Shown one piece after another: positions 23,531 to 33,941 of a DNA stretch of 57,017 bases. How positions within the stretch are numbered: the stretch's first letter is position 1; every line of letters starts with the position of its first letter. Origin of the DNA: an uncultured Chlamydiae bacterium. GTDB lineage: Bacteria > Chlamydiota > Chlamydiia > Chlamydiales > Parachlamydiaceae. The DNA lies in contig CAWHMU010000020.1 in NCBI GenBank assembly GCA_963830365.1, positions 1 through 57,017 of the forward strand, given 5' to 3'. The notes under the pieces are model-generated. The model searched no databases, was not told where the DNA came from, and saw only the letters and a program-made list of their open reading frames with translations. The translations under genes and the position numbers were made by a program.

Positions 23531-23848
23531 GCAAATGCATGATGGCCGAGGATAAACCAATATCCATACTAGCTATTAAATCTTTCTCGTCAAAACGCCC
23601 TGCCAAGGACATAAAGTAAGCTATCAGAATTTTCCTGGGCGTAGCCTATCTCTTTGTAGCCCGTGAGCTAAGGTTTGCGAGCTAAAGCGAAGACAGCCGC
23701 AGCTGCGGGTTTTAGACGAAAAATAATTACCCCGTAGGGGTTCGTCTCTTTATGTACTTGCACCTTAATAGATTAAAAGATAGTACCCCCTATGGTTTAA
23801 GCACTTTACTTGCTTTGTCCATACTTGCGCCGCCCCCTTCTCCATGCC

Positions 23849-24493
23849 TTAGTGCTCAAGGCTTTGCTGAAAAAGGTTTTTGATCTTGCCGGCCAGGATG
23901 TCATCCACCGGCAGGGACGCCAAAAGCTGAAAATCGCGGCAGAAGGCCAGATATTCCATGAGCTGTCGTTCGCTGTCGAATAGCGTTGGATCGAGGTGTG
24001 TGGAGAGCGCGAGCAGCCCTTCATGGCGCAGCGTCTTCAGGCGGAAGCTTGTGCTGATGGCCAGGGGGTTACTTGCCTCTGGCAACCTGGTCAGATAGGC
24101 GAGAAATAGCTGATAAAGATCGGGAGAGGCTTTGCCGGGCATTTGTGTGGCCAGCACCGTCTGGAGCATGTCGCAGGCGGCATCGAGGGTGGCTAAATTC
24201 TGGCGCAGCTTGAGATGGGAGTTGAGGACGTCTAGTTCGCGGCAGTTGTAGAGTTCGCTGCGCCCTTTGGTGCAGGTCGCTTCTATCTGCGTGAGGGGGG
24301 CGGTGGATGAGCCTTGTCCTTTCTTCTGACTGAAGGCGCCTTTGACAAACAGTTTGATGAGCCCGTTTCCAGGGGTGAATACTGTAAGGATGCGGTCATA
24401 TTCCTGAAAGGGCAAAGCGTGGGCAACCACGCCTTCGGTGCTTAATATTTCCATAATGCAAAGAATTGTAGAAGGGGCTGTGATTTCAGACAA
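23849..24493 (-). CDS. recO: DNA repair protein RecO (true start probably at MEILSTEG)
   Basis: TEGVVAHALPFQEYDRILTVFTPGNGLIKLFVKGA OB-fold; chlamydial synteny. Confidence 0.88.
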   Translation of the reverse strand: MSEITAPSTILCIMEILSTEGVVAHALPFQEYDRILTVFTPGNGLIKLFVKGAFSQKKGQGSSTAPLTQIEATCTKGRSELYNCRELDVLNSHLKLRQNLATLDAACDMLQTVLATQMPGKASPDLYQLFLAYLTRLPEASNPLAISTSFRLKTLRHEGLLALSTHLDPTLFDSERQLMEYLAFCRDFQLLASLPVDDILAGKIKNLFQQSLEH

Positions 24494-24580
24494 CAGTGAA
24501 AAGAGCCCTGCTTGAGATTAGTCACGCATGTGGACGTTGTTTACGCTATCGTTCAAGAAAGTCGATTGATAATGACAAAC

Positions 24581-24655
24581 TCCTCTCTGTGATCTTTGTG
24601 GGTTCTGTGGTTGTTAAATTTAGCCACCACAGCGCCCACAGAGATCACAGAGGAA
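24581..24655. repeat. ACAGAG-family hairpin
   Basis: CTCTGTGATCTTTGTGGG..CTGTGGT / ACCACAG..CCCACAGAGATCACAGAG. Confidence 0.7.
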
Positions 24656-24731
24656 GGGGGAAATGAATTTAGCGTGACCGTAAACTTTTCTTGTATAAGG
24701 TGAACACTACCCTCATTTGTCGGATGCGGCT

Positions 24732-24980
24732 TTATTTCTTTGGCGGGTAGCCTTCTTCCAGTTCGGTCAATGTCACATCATCATCTTCTTCGCTATTGTC
24801 GAGCGGGATGGCAAAGATATCGGTTTTATCGACTTCAGGATGCAGGTTGAACTTGGGATGCTGGTCCGATATGGCCGTTTTCGGGTCGTTTGGGGCATTG
24901 AATTTCGGTTCTACATAGGTGTAAAGCGCCAGCACAATAACACCTGCGATCGCTGCGATGATCCATTTATTCGATGACAT
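24732..24980 (-). CDS. Small membrane-anchored hypothetical protein with acidic tail
   Basis: AAGGAG RBS, N-terminal hydrophobic helix. Confidence 0.7.
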   Translation of the reverse strand: MSSNKWIIAAIAGVIVLALYTYVEPKFNAPNDPKTAISDQHPKFNLHPEVDKTDIFAIPLDNSEEDDDVTLTELEEGYPPKK

Positions 24981-25067
24981 AAAAATTCTCCTTGATGAGT
25001 TGAAAAATGATTCATAGCAAAAAATGAGGTTTCACGCCATCCCTTCTTTTTAAAATTCTCTTTTTGC

Positions 25068-25096
25068 TTGCCTGTTTAGTTCGTGTGGACTAGAAT
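25068..25096 (+). promoter_or_regulatory. Sigma70-type promoter of tRNA-Arg and probably the rlmN-like gene
   Basis: TTGCCT-N17-TAGAAT. Confidence 0.6.
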
Positions 25097-25119
25097 TTAG
25101 CATAATATTTTTTCATCAA

Positions 25120-25193
25120 GCACCGATAGCTCAATCGGATAGAGTACCCGGCTTCGAACCGGGTGGTTGGAGGTTCGAACCCTCTTCGGTGCA
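25120..25193 (+). tRNA. tRNA-Arg(TCG)
   Basis: GCACCGATAGCTCAATCGGATAGAGTACCCGGCTTCGAACCGGG...GGTTCGAACCCTCTTCGGTGCA. Confidence 0.95.
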
Positions 25194-25210
25194 CTTTATA
25201 TAAATGTTCG

Positions 25211-26293
25211 ATGCACACCAATTCTATCTTTTCACATACTTACGCTTCCTTTACCGATTATATCGTCGCCAAGCTCGGCAAAGGGCGCATGCATGCCGGC
25301 TTGGTTTATGAAGAATTCTTCCGCACGGGCAAGGTCACCACAGGCCAGGATCCGGCCTTCGACAACGCCAAGGTACTGCTGCAAAGCATTTTGGGTCTTG
25401 TCGACTTCTCCCATCCCGAGCTTGTCCGCGACCATACCGACGGCACAACGCGCAAGATTCTGCTGCGGCTGGAAGGCAATCTCGAAGTGGAATCGGTACT
25501 TATCCCCATGGCAGCGGGAGGGACGCTCTGCGTCTCTTCACAGGTAGGCTGCCGCATGGGGTGTGCCTTTTGCGAGACCGGACGCATGGGCCTATTGCGC
25601 CAGCTTACGGCCGCAGACATCGTCAGCCAGGTGTTCTTGGCCCGCCACCATGAAAAGTTCGCAGTGCGCAATGTTGTCTTTATGGGCATGGGCGAGCCTT
25701 TCGATAATTACGATCAGGTGATGCAGGCGGTGCGCATTTTATGCGATCCCAAGGGCTTGGGGTTTGGTCCGCGTCACCTCACGATTTCAACCAGCGGCTG
25801 TGTGGATGGCATCCAGAAATTGATGGCCGAAGGCGCGCTGGCCCCCAATCTGGCGGTATCTGTCAATGCCACTACCGATGAAGAACGCAACCGCCTGATG
25901 CCCGTCAACCGCCGCTACGACATGCAGCAATTATATGCCGCCATGCAGACTTATTGCCAGAGCACGGGGCGTCAGATCCTCGTGGCTTATGTGCTTTTGC
26001 ATGAGCAGAACGATACGCTGGCGCATGCCGACCGCTTGGCAGCCTATCTGCGCGGCCTCAATGTCAAAATCAATCTGATCCCTTACAATCCACAGACGCG
26101 TGACCGCTTTGCCGCTTCTTTGCCTGATGTGGTGGACGCCTTCGCGCTGCGTTTACGCCATCATGGCTACCGCACGCTGCTGCGCGGCACCAAGGGGCAG
26201 GGGATCATGGCGGCCTGCGGCCAGCTGGGCAATGTCAAGCTGCGCGCCGAGCTCAGGCAGGCCAAACAAACCACGCCACAAAATTGCCTCTGA
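25211..26293 (+). CDS. rlmN: Radical SAM RNA methyltransferase, RlmN family
   Basis: CVSSQVGCRMGCAFC, VFMGMGEP, INLIPYNP, AACGQL; start set at the first ATG after the tRNA. Confidence 0.85.
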   Translation: MHTNSIFSHTYASFTDYIVAKLGKGRMHAGLVYEEFFRTGKVTTGQDPAFDNAKVLLQSILGLVDFSHPELVRDHTDGTTRKILLRLEGNLEVESVLIPMAAGGTLCVSSQVGCRMGCAFCETGRMGLLRQLTAADIVSQVFLARHHEKFAVRNVVFMGMGEPFDNYDQVMQAVRILCDPKGLGFGPRHLTISTSGCVDGIQKLMAEGALAPNLAVSVNATTDEERNRLMPVNRRYDMQQLYAAMQTYCQSTGRQILVAYVLLHEQNDTLAHADRLAAYLRGLNVKINLIPYNPQTRDRFAASLPDVVDAFALRLRHHGYRTLLRGTKGQGIMAACGQLGNVKLRAELRQAKQTTPQNCL

Positions 26294-26356
26294 GGCTCGG
26301 GGCGTCACATTTGCCCTCATACCGCCCTAGTTTCTCATGGCTTGATCAGGCTCTGA

Positions 26357-26455
26357 GGATTGGGGTCTGGCTTGTGATTTGTGATTTGAAAGTCCTAAAT
26401 GCATTAGAAAGCCCGACTCCTTTCAAATCGCAAATCGCAAGCCTGACCCCAATCC
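26357..26455 (+). repeat. Dispersed GGGGTC-type REP hairpin (same termini as those beside the RAYT genes), followed by an ISL3-like right end (~26497-26527)
   Basis: GGGGTCTGGCTTGTGATTTGTGATTTGAAAG...CTTTCAAATCGCAAATCGCAAGCCTGACCCC. Confidence 0.9.
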
Positions 26456-26786
26456 GTTCAACCAAAGTTTACATTTAGGTTTTTTGGGTTTTCACCTCTG
26501 TCAACCACTCATTTGTGTGATGAGCCTCTTTTTTGCTAAAATGCATTCAAGAAAATTTAACACAGAGACGCAGAGCAGACGCGGAGTCGCAAGGAAATGG
26601 AACATAAACTAGACAATATCAAGTGCTAATCACCAAGGCCGGTTAAACTTGACCGCCCAAACATGACACATGCCGCTCCAGTCGAGAGCCGCTTCAGCAT
26701 GGCATAAAGCAACCGCAGCTAGACATTAACAGCCAAACCCGTTATGATTGGCGTTTATTCTCATTAAAAACTTTTAGGTTTTGACT

Positions 26787-29700
26787 ATGTTTGATGATAT
26801 CCGCAGCGAGACGTTTGACGAAAGAGAGTTGCGCATGCTGGCGTTCTGGCAGAAAGATCGCATCTTCGAAATGTCGGTGGAGCAGAATGCCCAAAAGCCG
26901 CTGTTCTCGTTTTATGACGGCCCGCCTTTTGCTACAGGCTTGCCACACTACGGCCATTTCCTCGCCGGCACCATCAAAGACGTCGTCCTGCGCTTCAAAA
27001 CCATGAAGGGCTATTGGGTGCCCCGCCGCTTCGGCTGGGATTGCCATGGACTGCCCATCGAAAATGAAATCGAAAAGGCGCATCATCTGTCAGGCGCCAA
27101 CTCCATCGAGCAATTCGGCATCGCCCACTTCAATGAGGAATGCCGCAAAATCGTGCTGCGCTATACCGAAGAATGGAAGACTCTCGTCGCCCGCATGGGA
27201 CGCTGGGTCGATTTCAGCCACACCTATCGCACCATGGACTTGTCCTTCATGGAGTCAGTGTGGTGGGTCTTTAAAGAACTGTATGACAAAGGGCTGGTCT
27301 ACGAAGGCTTCAAGGTAATGCCGTTTTCAGCCAAGCTCGGCACGCCTCTTTCCAACTTCGAAGCCAGCGAAAATTATAAAGATGTCGATGATCCTTCCCT
27401 GACGATAGCCATGCCGCTTGTCGATGAGCCCAACACCTATCTGATGGTATGGACCACCACGCCATGGACGCTTATTTCCAATCTGGCTGTCATGGCAGGG
27501 CCTGATATCGATTACCTCAAAGTGCGCAATATCGCCAGCGGCAAATGCTATTATATCGCCAGCAGCCGTCTGTCTTCTTATGACAAAGAGGGCAGCGAAA
27601 AGGAATATGAAGTCCTCGGCCAGCTCAAAGGCCAAGATCTTGATGGCAAACGCTACCAGCCTCTTTTCCCTTATTTCGCCACGCGCGCCCAGCAGGGGGC
27701 CTTCAGAATAATCATGGATGCTGTCGTCACCACCGAAGACGGCACCGGCCTTGTGCATTGCGCGCCGGCTTTTGGCGAGGCCGACTTCTATGCCTGCCAG
27801 CGCGCCGGCATCGAGCTGGTATGCCCTGTCGACAGCAATGGCCGCTTCACGGCTGAAATTCCGGAATACACCGGCCTCTTCGTCAAAGATGCCGATAAGG
27901 ATATCATCAAGCGTCTGAAAGTCCAAGGCTCTGTCGTCCAGGCCGCCACCTTGCGCCACCGCTATCCGTACTGCTGGCGTTCCGACACGCCGCTGATCTA
28001 CAAGGCCGTGCGCTCCTGGTTTGTGGCGGTTGAAAAGATTAAAGACTCCCTGATTGCCTCTAATGAAGAGATCCACTGGACGCCCGGCAATATCAAGCAT
28101 GGCCGCTTCGGCAAATGGCTGGCAGGCGCGCGCGACTGGAATATCAGCCGCAACCGCTATTGGGGCACTCCTATTCCTATCTGGCGGGCCGATGATGGTG
28201 AAATCATTGTGCTTGGCAGCATCGCCGAACTCGAAGAGGCCACAGGCGCTAAAGTCACCGACCTCCACCGCCACTATATCGATGAGCTCACTTTTGTCCG
28301 TAATGGCAAAACCTTCCACCGCATTTCTGAAGTCTTCGACTGCTGGTTTGAATCCGGCTCCATGCCCTATGCCCAGCAACACTATCCTTTTGAAAACCGC
28401 GAATTGTTTGAAAAGGGGTTCCCGGCAGATTTCATCGGTGAAGGTCTTGATCAGACGCGCGGCTGGTTCTATACACTGACAATTTTATCTTCGGCGTTGT
28501 TTAACCGGCCCGCCTTTAAAAACGTGATCGTCAACGGTATCGTACTGGCGGAAGATGGCGCTAAGATGTCCAAAAGGCTGCGCAACTATCCGGATCCAAG
28601 TATCGTCATCCACCGCTATGGCGCCGATGCCGTCCGTCTCTATATGATGAACAGCCCGGCCGTGAAAGGCGATGATCTATGCTTTGCCGAAAGCGGCGTT
28701 GAACTTGTGCTCCGGCAGGTGCTCATTCCCTTATGGAATGCTTTCAGCTTCCTGACGACCTATGCCAAAATCTACCATTGGCAGCCGACAGCCGCGCCCG
28801 TCAAGCCGCAGGCTGTCATCGACCAGTGGATCGTCTCGCTGCTTAACAAACTGATCAAAGACGTCGAAGATGGCATGCAGGAGTACGACTTAAGCCGTGC
28901 CGTTGAGCCTTTTGTCGCCTTCGTCAATCAGCTGACAAATTGGTATATCAGACGCTCACGCCGCCGCTTCTGGGATGAAAAACCTTCCGCAGACCGCGAC
29001 GAGGCTTTTGCCACGCTCTATCATGTGCTGATGGAGTTAGTGAAGATTTCAGCCTCTTTTGTGCCTTTCATCAGCGAAGCCATCTATCTGAACTTGCGGC
29101 AGGCTGATATGCCGGCATCGGTGCATCTGTGCGACTTTCCGGCCTACCACACAGAATGCCGCGACGAATGCCTGGAAGCTGCCATGGAAGCTGTCCAGAC
29201 CACCGTCAGCCTCGGTCATTCGCTGCGCAAAGAGCATAAATTAAAGGTGCGCCAGCCTCTGCCCGCCGCCCATATCGCCTCAGGCGACGACAGGATTTTA
29301 AGCTTCCTTCAAGATCAGCAGCATCTGATCGCTGACGAGCTCAATGTCAAGCAAGTCCTCTTCGGCAAAGATGAAACTCAATTCGTTTCTCTAAAAGCCA
29401 AACCGAATTTCCGTACGCTTGGCAAAAAAGTCGGCAAACTCATGCGCAGCGTTCAACAAGCCATCGATGATTTTAACCAACACCAGCTCACCACCCTGCT
29501 TAATGGCGATGCTGTCACCCTACAGGTCGAAGGCGAAACGATCGTCTTAACCCCTGATGATGTGGCTGTCGAACGCCATGTGCGCGACGGTCTGGTGGCG
29601 GCAAACTTAAACACCATCACCATTGGCCTGGATACGGCCCTGTCAGAAGAATTGCTGATCGAAGGTCTGGCACGTGAACTGGTGAATAAAATAAATACCA

Positions 29701-29903
29701 TGCGCCGCGATGCAGGCTTTGACGTCAGCGATCGCATCCATATCAAGATCGATACCACCGAGCGCGTGCGGCAGTGCTTCGAGACGTTTGGAGATTTTAT
29801 CCGCAATGAAGTCCTGGCTGTCGCTGTCGATTTCACACCCTGTGAGGGGACTGCCTGGGAGCTCAACGGCGAGCCGGCAACAATAGCCCTGCTAAAATCG
29901 TGA
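26787..29903 (+). CDS. ileS: Isoleucyl-tRNA synthetase (type 2, eukaryote-like)
   Basis: DGPPFATGLPHYGH, WDCHGLP, GLDQTRGWF, KMSKR; ~1040 aa. Confidence 0.98.
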   Translation: MFDDIRSETFDERELRMLAFWQKDRIFEMSVEQNAQKPLFSFYDGPPFATGLPHYGHFLAGTIKDVVLRFKTMKGYWVPRRFGWDCHGLPIENEIEKAHHLSGANSIEQFGIAHFNEECRKIVLRYTEEWKTLVARMGRWVDFSHTYRTMDLSFMESVWWVFKELYDKGLVYEGFKVMPFSAKLGTPLSNFEASENYKDVDDPSLTIAMPLVDEPNTYLMVWTTTPWTLISNLAVMAGPDIDYLKVRNIASGKCYYIASSRLSSYDKEGSEKEYEVLGQLKGQDLDGKRYQPLFPYFATRAQQGAFRIIMDAVVTTEDGTGLVHCAPAFGEADFYACQRAGIELVCPVDSNGRFTAEIPEYTGLFVKDADKDIIKRLKVQGSVVQAATLRHRYPYCWRSDTPLIYKAVRSWFVAVEKIKDSLIASNEEIHWTPGNIKHGRFGKWLAGARDWNISRNRYWGTPIPIWRADDGEIIVLGSIAELEEATGAKVTDLHRHYIDELTFVRNGKTFHRISEVFDCWFESGSMPYAQQHYPFENRELFEKGFPADFIGEGLDQTRGWFYTLTILSSALFNRPAFKNVIVNGIVLAEDGAKMSKRLRNYPDPSIVIHRYGADAVRLYMMNSPAVKGDDLCFAESGVELVLRQVLIPLWNAFSFLTTYAKIYHWQPTAAPVKPQAVIDQWIVSLLNKLIKDVEDGMQEYDLSRAVEPFVAFVNQLTNWYIRRSRRRFWDEKPSADRDEAFATLYHVLMELVKISASFVPFISEAIYLNLRQADMPASVHLCDFPAYHTECRDECLEAAMEAVQTTVSLGHSLRKEHKLKVRQPLPAAHIASGDDRILSFLQDQQHLIADELNVKQVLFGKDETQFVSLKAKPNFRTLGKKVGKLMRSVQQAIDDFNQHQLTTLLNGDAVTLQVEGETIVLTPDDVAVERHVRDGLVAANLNTITIGLDTALSEELLIEGLARELVNKINTMRRDAGFDVSDRIHIKIDTTERVRQCFETFGDFIRNEVLAVAVDFTPCEGTAWELNGEPATIALLKS

Positions 29904-29970
29904 TTTGTAAAATAATAGCTTTATTGTTATATTGCACGTTCACATTTGATTCATATACGATTGAGGGGAA

Positions 29971-30222
29971 ATGGAGACATTAACGGTTCAGGAAGCCCAA
30001 CAAAAGCTGCAGGCTTTGATTGAAAACGCTTCCAGCGATCAGCAGAAGTACTGTATCACGTCGGCGACAGGCAATGCTGTTTTGCTTTCCGAAGAAACAT
30101 ATCACAACCTGCTTATCACTCTTGAAATGCTCTCTACGCCACTTTTTCTCGATACTCCGCCGGAAGATATCAATGATTTTGCCCTCTGCGAAACCCTTCA
30201 GCATAGCAAAACCCCCCTCTAG
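29971..30222 (+). CDS. Phd/YefM-family antitoxin-like protein (no cognate toxin seen)
   Basis: TVQEAQQKLQALIE...ITSATGNAVLLSEETYHNLLITLEMLSTP resembles YefM. Confidence 0.7.
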   Translation: METLTVQEAQQKLQALIENASSDQQKYCITSATGNAVLLSEETYHNLLITLEMLSTPLFLDTPPEDINDFALCETLQHSKTPL

Positions 30223-30343
30223 CCCAACTTATGTAGCGTAGACTTTAGTCTGCGCATGTTTTTGCGGATTTTAACCCATAGGCGGGAAGCTAAGAGATTG
30301 TGATATCATTGTATTTGTGTTATAGGTCGTGAATTCGATCCAA

Positions 30344-30613
30344 CGCAAAGTGGCAAAGCCGCAAAGAAAAACCTTCACCACAGAGGCACCGAGACACAGA
30401 GAAACAAGCAGCACAAGTCGGATGGAATAAAGCTTCGTCTGGGACAATTATCTACCCCTCGGATTGCTTAGGCAATCCGAGGGACATACCTCACATTGAC
30501 GCTGTCAATGTGATTGGAGTCTGATACATTCACACTTGTCATCCTGTTACTGGCTGTTTGTTTCTCTGTGTCTCGGTGCCTCTGTGGTGAAGGCCTTTCT
30601 TTGCGGCTTTGCG
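30344..30613. repeat. ACAGAG-family inverted-repeat element with internal small hairpins
   Basis: GCAAAGCCGCAAAGAAA..CCTTCACCACAGAGGCACCGAGACACAGAGAAACA and reverse complement; inner CCTCGGATTGC..GCAATCCGAGG and TCACATTGAC..GTCAATGTGA. Confidence 0.85.
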
Positions 30614-30629
30614 CTTAAGGATTTCAGGT

Positions 30630-32525
30630 CTAGCGCACGCGCTTCACAAAGATGGGCTGGCGCAGGCTATAGCGGTGGTAGGCGTACCAAATGGCAAAGA
30701 TGATGGCGGCAATCGTCCAGACAATGGCGCGCGGGGTGTTCATAAAAGGATAGGGCTTTTGCGGCGGTGAGCCCAAACGTCCTCCCGGCGGCCAGATGAT
30801 ATCGCAGGGTGCCCCCTGCAGGTTGTTTTGATGGACGAAGCCAAAGACGCGGCTGTCGGCGCTCATGGCATGGTTGTCGCCAAGCACGAGGTATTCCTTT
30901 TCCGGCAGGATGACGCCGAAAGTGCGGATGAAATCGGCATCGATAGTGCCGTCGCTTTTGAAGGGTGCACCATGGTCTTTAAAAGCCACATAGGGCGCAT
31001 TTTCAGAAGCTTTGGCTTGACGCAGCTCTTCGCGCTTATGGAAGGCCGCTAAAATGGGATCGTCTTTCTTCAGGATCGGCGCGCCCATGAGGTAGAGGTC
31101 TCCATCGCGGAAATAGGCATAGCGATGGGGAAAGAAGGTCTGATTGCTCGGGCGCGGACTGAAATCGGTACTCATTTCAATGCCCAGATTGTATAGCTTT
31201 TGCACGTTGACAGGGTCATGGCTATACAAGGGGCTGGTGTCAGGGACGATGCATGGGATGCCGGTCCAGAGAATCTCTTTCGCTTTGCCGAAATAGAACT
31301 CATAGGTGCCGTCCGGCACTCCAATAAATGTTGGATTGTCGTGGCCGAAATGACGCTCTCCCAAGCCATAGCGCATGCCTTTGCCATCGCCCACCACAAA
31401 ACGCGCCGTGTATAAATGATCCATGATGGCGTCCAAATGCTGCTGCTGCAGGGGGATGACGGCGGTGTAGCCGGGGATGCCCACGCCGCCGGGAATATTC
31501 CTTTGCACAAGCGGCTTAGGATAGTTCAAGCTTGGCGTGTGGTGCAGCTGCAGATAGAGCACTCCCTCTTCGATGCCATCAGCGCCTTCAGGAAAGTTCT
31601 TTAGCTCTTCTTTGGTAAGCAGACGCGCTTCGGCATAGTTCCTGATACCTAACAGATCGCTGTATGTCTGGATAGTCTGATGCGGCTTGGTTTGCGCCAA
31701 AGGCTGGTCTTTGATCCACTCCTTGCCGTTAAAAACTTCGCCATTCAACTGTCCTAGCACGTTGTAGGAAAGTTTTCCGGCCGGTTTATGCATCTGGTTG
31801 AACAATACTCCATTGGCGATGGCACTCATCTCTCCTTCAAAAGAGAGGAAGGGGACATATTCCAGCGTCTGCATCCACGGGCTGTCGCGCAGTTCCGCCA
31901 AATCATGTCCGTCCTTATCGACGCCATAAAGGCGCCCGCCATAGAAATAAAGGGCATCGCCGGGTTTGCCGAGCAGGCGCTTAATGTAGCGTTTCTTGTA
32001 TGGAAAAATGCCGAAATAGGTGGTGTCGACATCGCGCAAGGGGAGTCCATCGCCGGAAAATATGACGATGCTACTGCGCTGCACTAAGGCCGGATCGAAA
32101 TATAGATGCCTTGTCTCCAAGGGGAAGTTGAGCCCAAAAGCTGTCTTCGTCACCGTCAGGTGATCCTGCTCGCGAAATGTCGGCCGCATCGAGCCGGTGG
32201 GGATCTCATAAAGCTCAAACCACATCTGCCTCACCAAAGTGGCAATGATGAGCGCAAAGGCCAACGCCAGCACGAGCTCCCAAGTGTATTCAAAAAACGA
32301 CTTCTTGCAATGCACATCGCCAAACTTCTCAAGTCGTTTAGCCACTTGGCTGGCTTCGCCACGCTGCCCAGTTAGCAAGGCCTGGTCAAGGGCCTCCATA
32401 TCGCTTTCAAGGAGGTCCAGCTGGGGAGCGGGGAGTTGCTTGCCTTTCTTTTTATACCAGGCATACACCCACTTCATGATGTGACGTGATTTGCGTAAGG
32501 GATAGGGGCGCGGCGCTGAACTCAT
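30630..32525 (-). CDS. lepB: Signal peptidase I (long chlamydial form)
   Basis: IPTGSMRPT (Ser), YIKRLLGKPGD (Lys), LGDNHAMSADSRVFG. Confidence 0.95.
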   Translation of the reverse strand: MSSAPRPYPLRKSRHIMKWVYAWYKKKGKQLPAPQLDLLESDMEALDQALLTGQRGEASQVAKRLEKFGDVHCKKSFFEYTWELVLALAFALIIATLVRQMWFELYEIPTGSMRPTFREQDHLTVTKTAFGLNFPLETRHLYFDPALVQRSSIVIFSGDGLPLRDVDTTYFGIFPYKKRYIKRLLGKPGDALYFYGGRLYGVDKDGHDLAELRDSPWMQTLEYVPFLSFEGEMSAIANGVLFNQMHKPAGKLSYNVLGQLNGEVFNGKEWIKDQPLAQTKPHQTIQTYSDLLGIRNYAEARLLTKEELKNFPEGADGIEEGVLYLQLHHTPSLNYPKPLVQRNIPGGVGIPGYTAVIPLQQQHLDAIMDHLYTARFVVGDGKGMRYGLGERHFGHDNPTFIGVPDGTYEFYFGKAKEILWTGIPCIVPDTSPLYSHDPVNVQKLYNLGIEMSTDFSPRPSNQTFFPHRYAYFRDGDLYLMGAPILKKDDPILAAFHKREELRQAKASENAPYVAFKDHGAPFKSDGTIDADFIRTFGVILPEKEYLVLGDNHAMSADSRVFGFVHQNNLQGAPCDIIWPPGGRLGSPPQKPYPFMNTPRAIVWTIAAIIFAIWYAYHRYSLRQPIFVKRVR

Positions 32526-33124
32526 CGGATTGCCTAAAATAAAGTTTGAAAGCACTAACAGTAGCGAAATGCATCACAAAATGCAATCCCTAAAGGTTGA
32601 CGTTCCCGCGCACCGGAAATTTGCGTTTTTAAGGCCTTGGCATAGGCAAAAGCCTTATACAGTCCAAGCGCTTGGAAATAACGCCGTAAGCATGCCGACA
32701 GCCACTGCTCAGCGTGGTTCACGCCGCCAATAATTAGGCTCGCGGCGGCGCATTGCGACATTACCCATACGCCTTTAGTACGCCTGTATTTTGTAACTCC
32801 ATGATGACAAGCTTGTTTTTTTGTGGAAAACTTGTCGGTAAGCATAGGTTGTTGTGGAATTTTACAGGGGATTCGAACTGCGCTAAACAAGTAAAGTCAT
32901 GCAGGTTACGATATTGCAGAAGACATAACCTGCTGAACGATGCGATGTTGTGTTTTAGCTGAGAGTGTGCTCTAACAACCAGTGCCTCTGGTTGGCAGCC
33001 GGGTTAAGCGAAGCAAATATTTGTTAATAACTAAGAGCAATTTTATTTTTTACAAAGATGAGGGGTTTTACATTAAGATATAGTAAAGATTTTATTAACA
33101 ACTATCTGCGGGTTCATCCGCCTC

Positions 33125-33871
33125 TTAAGGCACGCGTCCGGGAGATGTCAGCCCGCTGCCGGAATCCACGATGCGCACCTTGGCTTTGCCGATGATCCCG
33201 CTGATTTGCAGCCAATAAGGAAAATAGGCCGGGTATTTCTGACTATCCTGGGGCAGATAGATCTCGATCATTTTGCCGGATAGTTCGCTCCCATCCTTGG
33301 GCCAGTGTGTGCGCCACCCATCAAAGGCGACTCCTTGTATGATTTTACCTTCCACAATCAGGCTCGGCTGCCACAGGGAGCGCCGATCAGTACTGTCGGC
33401 AAAGGGGCGAGGGCCGACTTTTTTTCGCTCATCAAAAGGAATGGCCTTAAGGCGTAAATTTAGCAATGTGGACAGGAAATTTTGTGATTGGGGGATGGTG
33501 ATCCATTCATTTCGGGAAAATGAGAACGTATGCTGCAGTGCGCCGGTTGATAAATGAATATTATACAACAGCCAGGAAGTGTTTCCCTTGGCTCCGCTTT
33601 CAACCCAACGCCGCCAGGAAAAAGTTTTGTCGGCAGCGATGCACTTGGCCGGGACGGTAATTTCTTCGATGCTTAATATGTCAGCTTCTTTCTGGCGAAT
33701 AAGTAAGATGGTATAGTTTTTGTTTTGAGCTGTGACGAGGTAGTCACCGCTTTTGGCTTGCTTTAGGTTATCGCGCAGCAAGAGTTCTCTTTCTGCCGCC
33801 GGCGCCATAGCCGGGCAGAGGAGTCCAAAAGTTAATAGCAAACTGAATAGAAGAAAAAACTTGTGTTTCAT
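33125..33871 (-). CDS. Secreted chlamydial conserved hypothetical protein (CT021-like)
   Basis: Signal peptide; position next to lepB as in Chlamydia; FPYWLQI...VRIVDSG tail. Confidence 0.7.
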   Translation of the reverse strand: MKHKFFLLFSLLLTFGLLCPAMAPAAERELLLRDNLKQAKSGDYLVTAQNKNYTILLIRQKEADILSIEEITVPAKCIAADKTFSWRRWVESGAKGNTSWLLYNIHLSTGALQHTFSFSRNEWITIPQSQNFLSTLLNLRLKAIPFDERKKVGPRPFADSTDRRSLWQPSLIVEGKIIQGVAFDGWRTHWPKDGSELSGKMIEIYLPQDSQKYPAYFPYWLQISGIIGKAKVRIVDSGSGLTSPGRVP

Positions 33872-33941
33872 CAGGAAATATACCGTTAGCGTTTAGGTGA
33901 GGGTGTTCTATTCGTTTATATCGCGCCGCACAGTAAAATGG

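Noticed and set aside
25163..25210. N-terminal extension of the rlmN ORF
   Set aside because: Falls inside tRNA-Arg; ATG 25211 is the more plausible start.
32530..33120. Small ORFs or an ncRNA between lepB and the CT021-like gene
   Set aside because: No recognisable motif, RBS or convincing conserved structure by eye.
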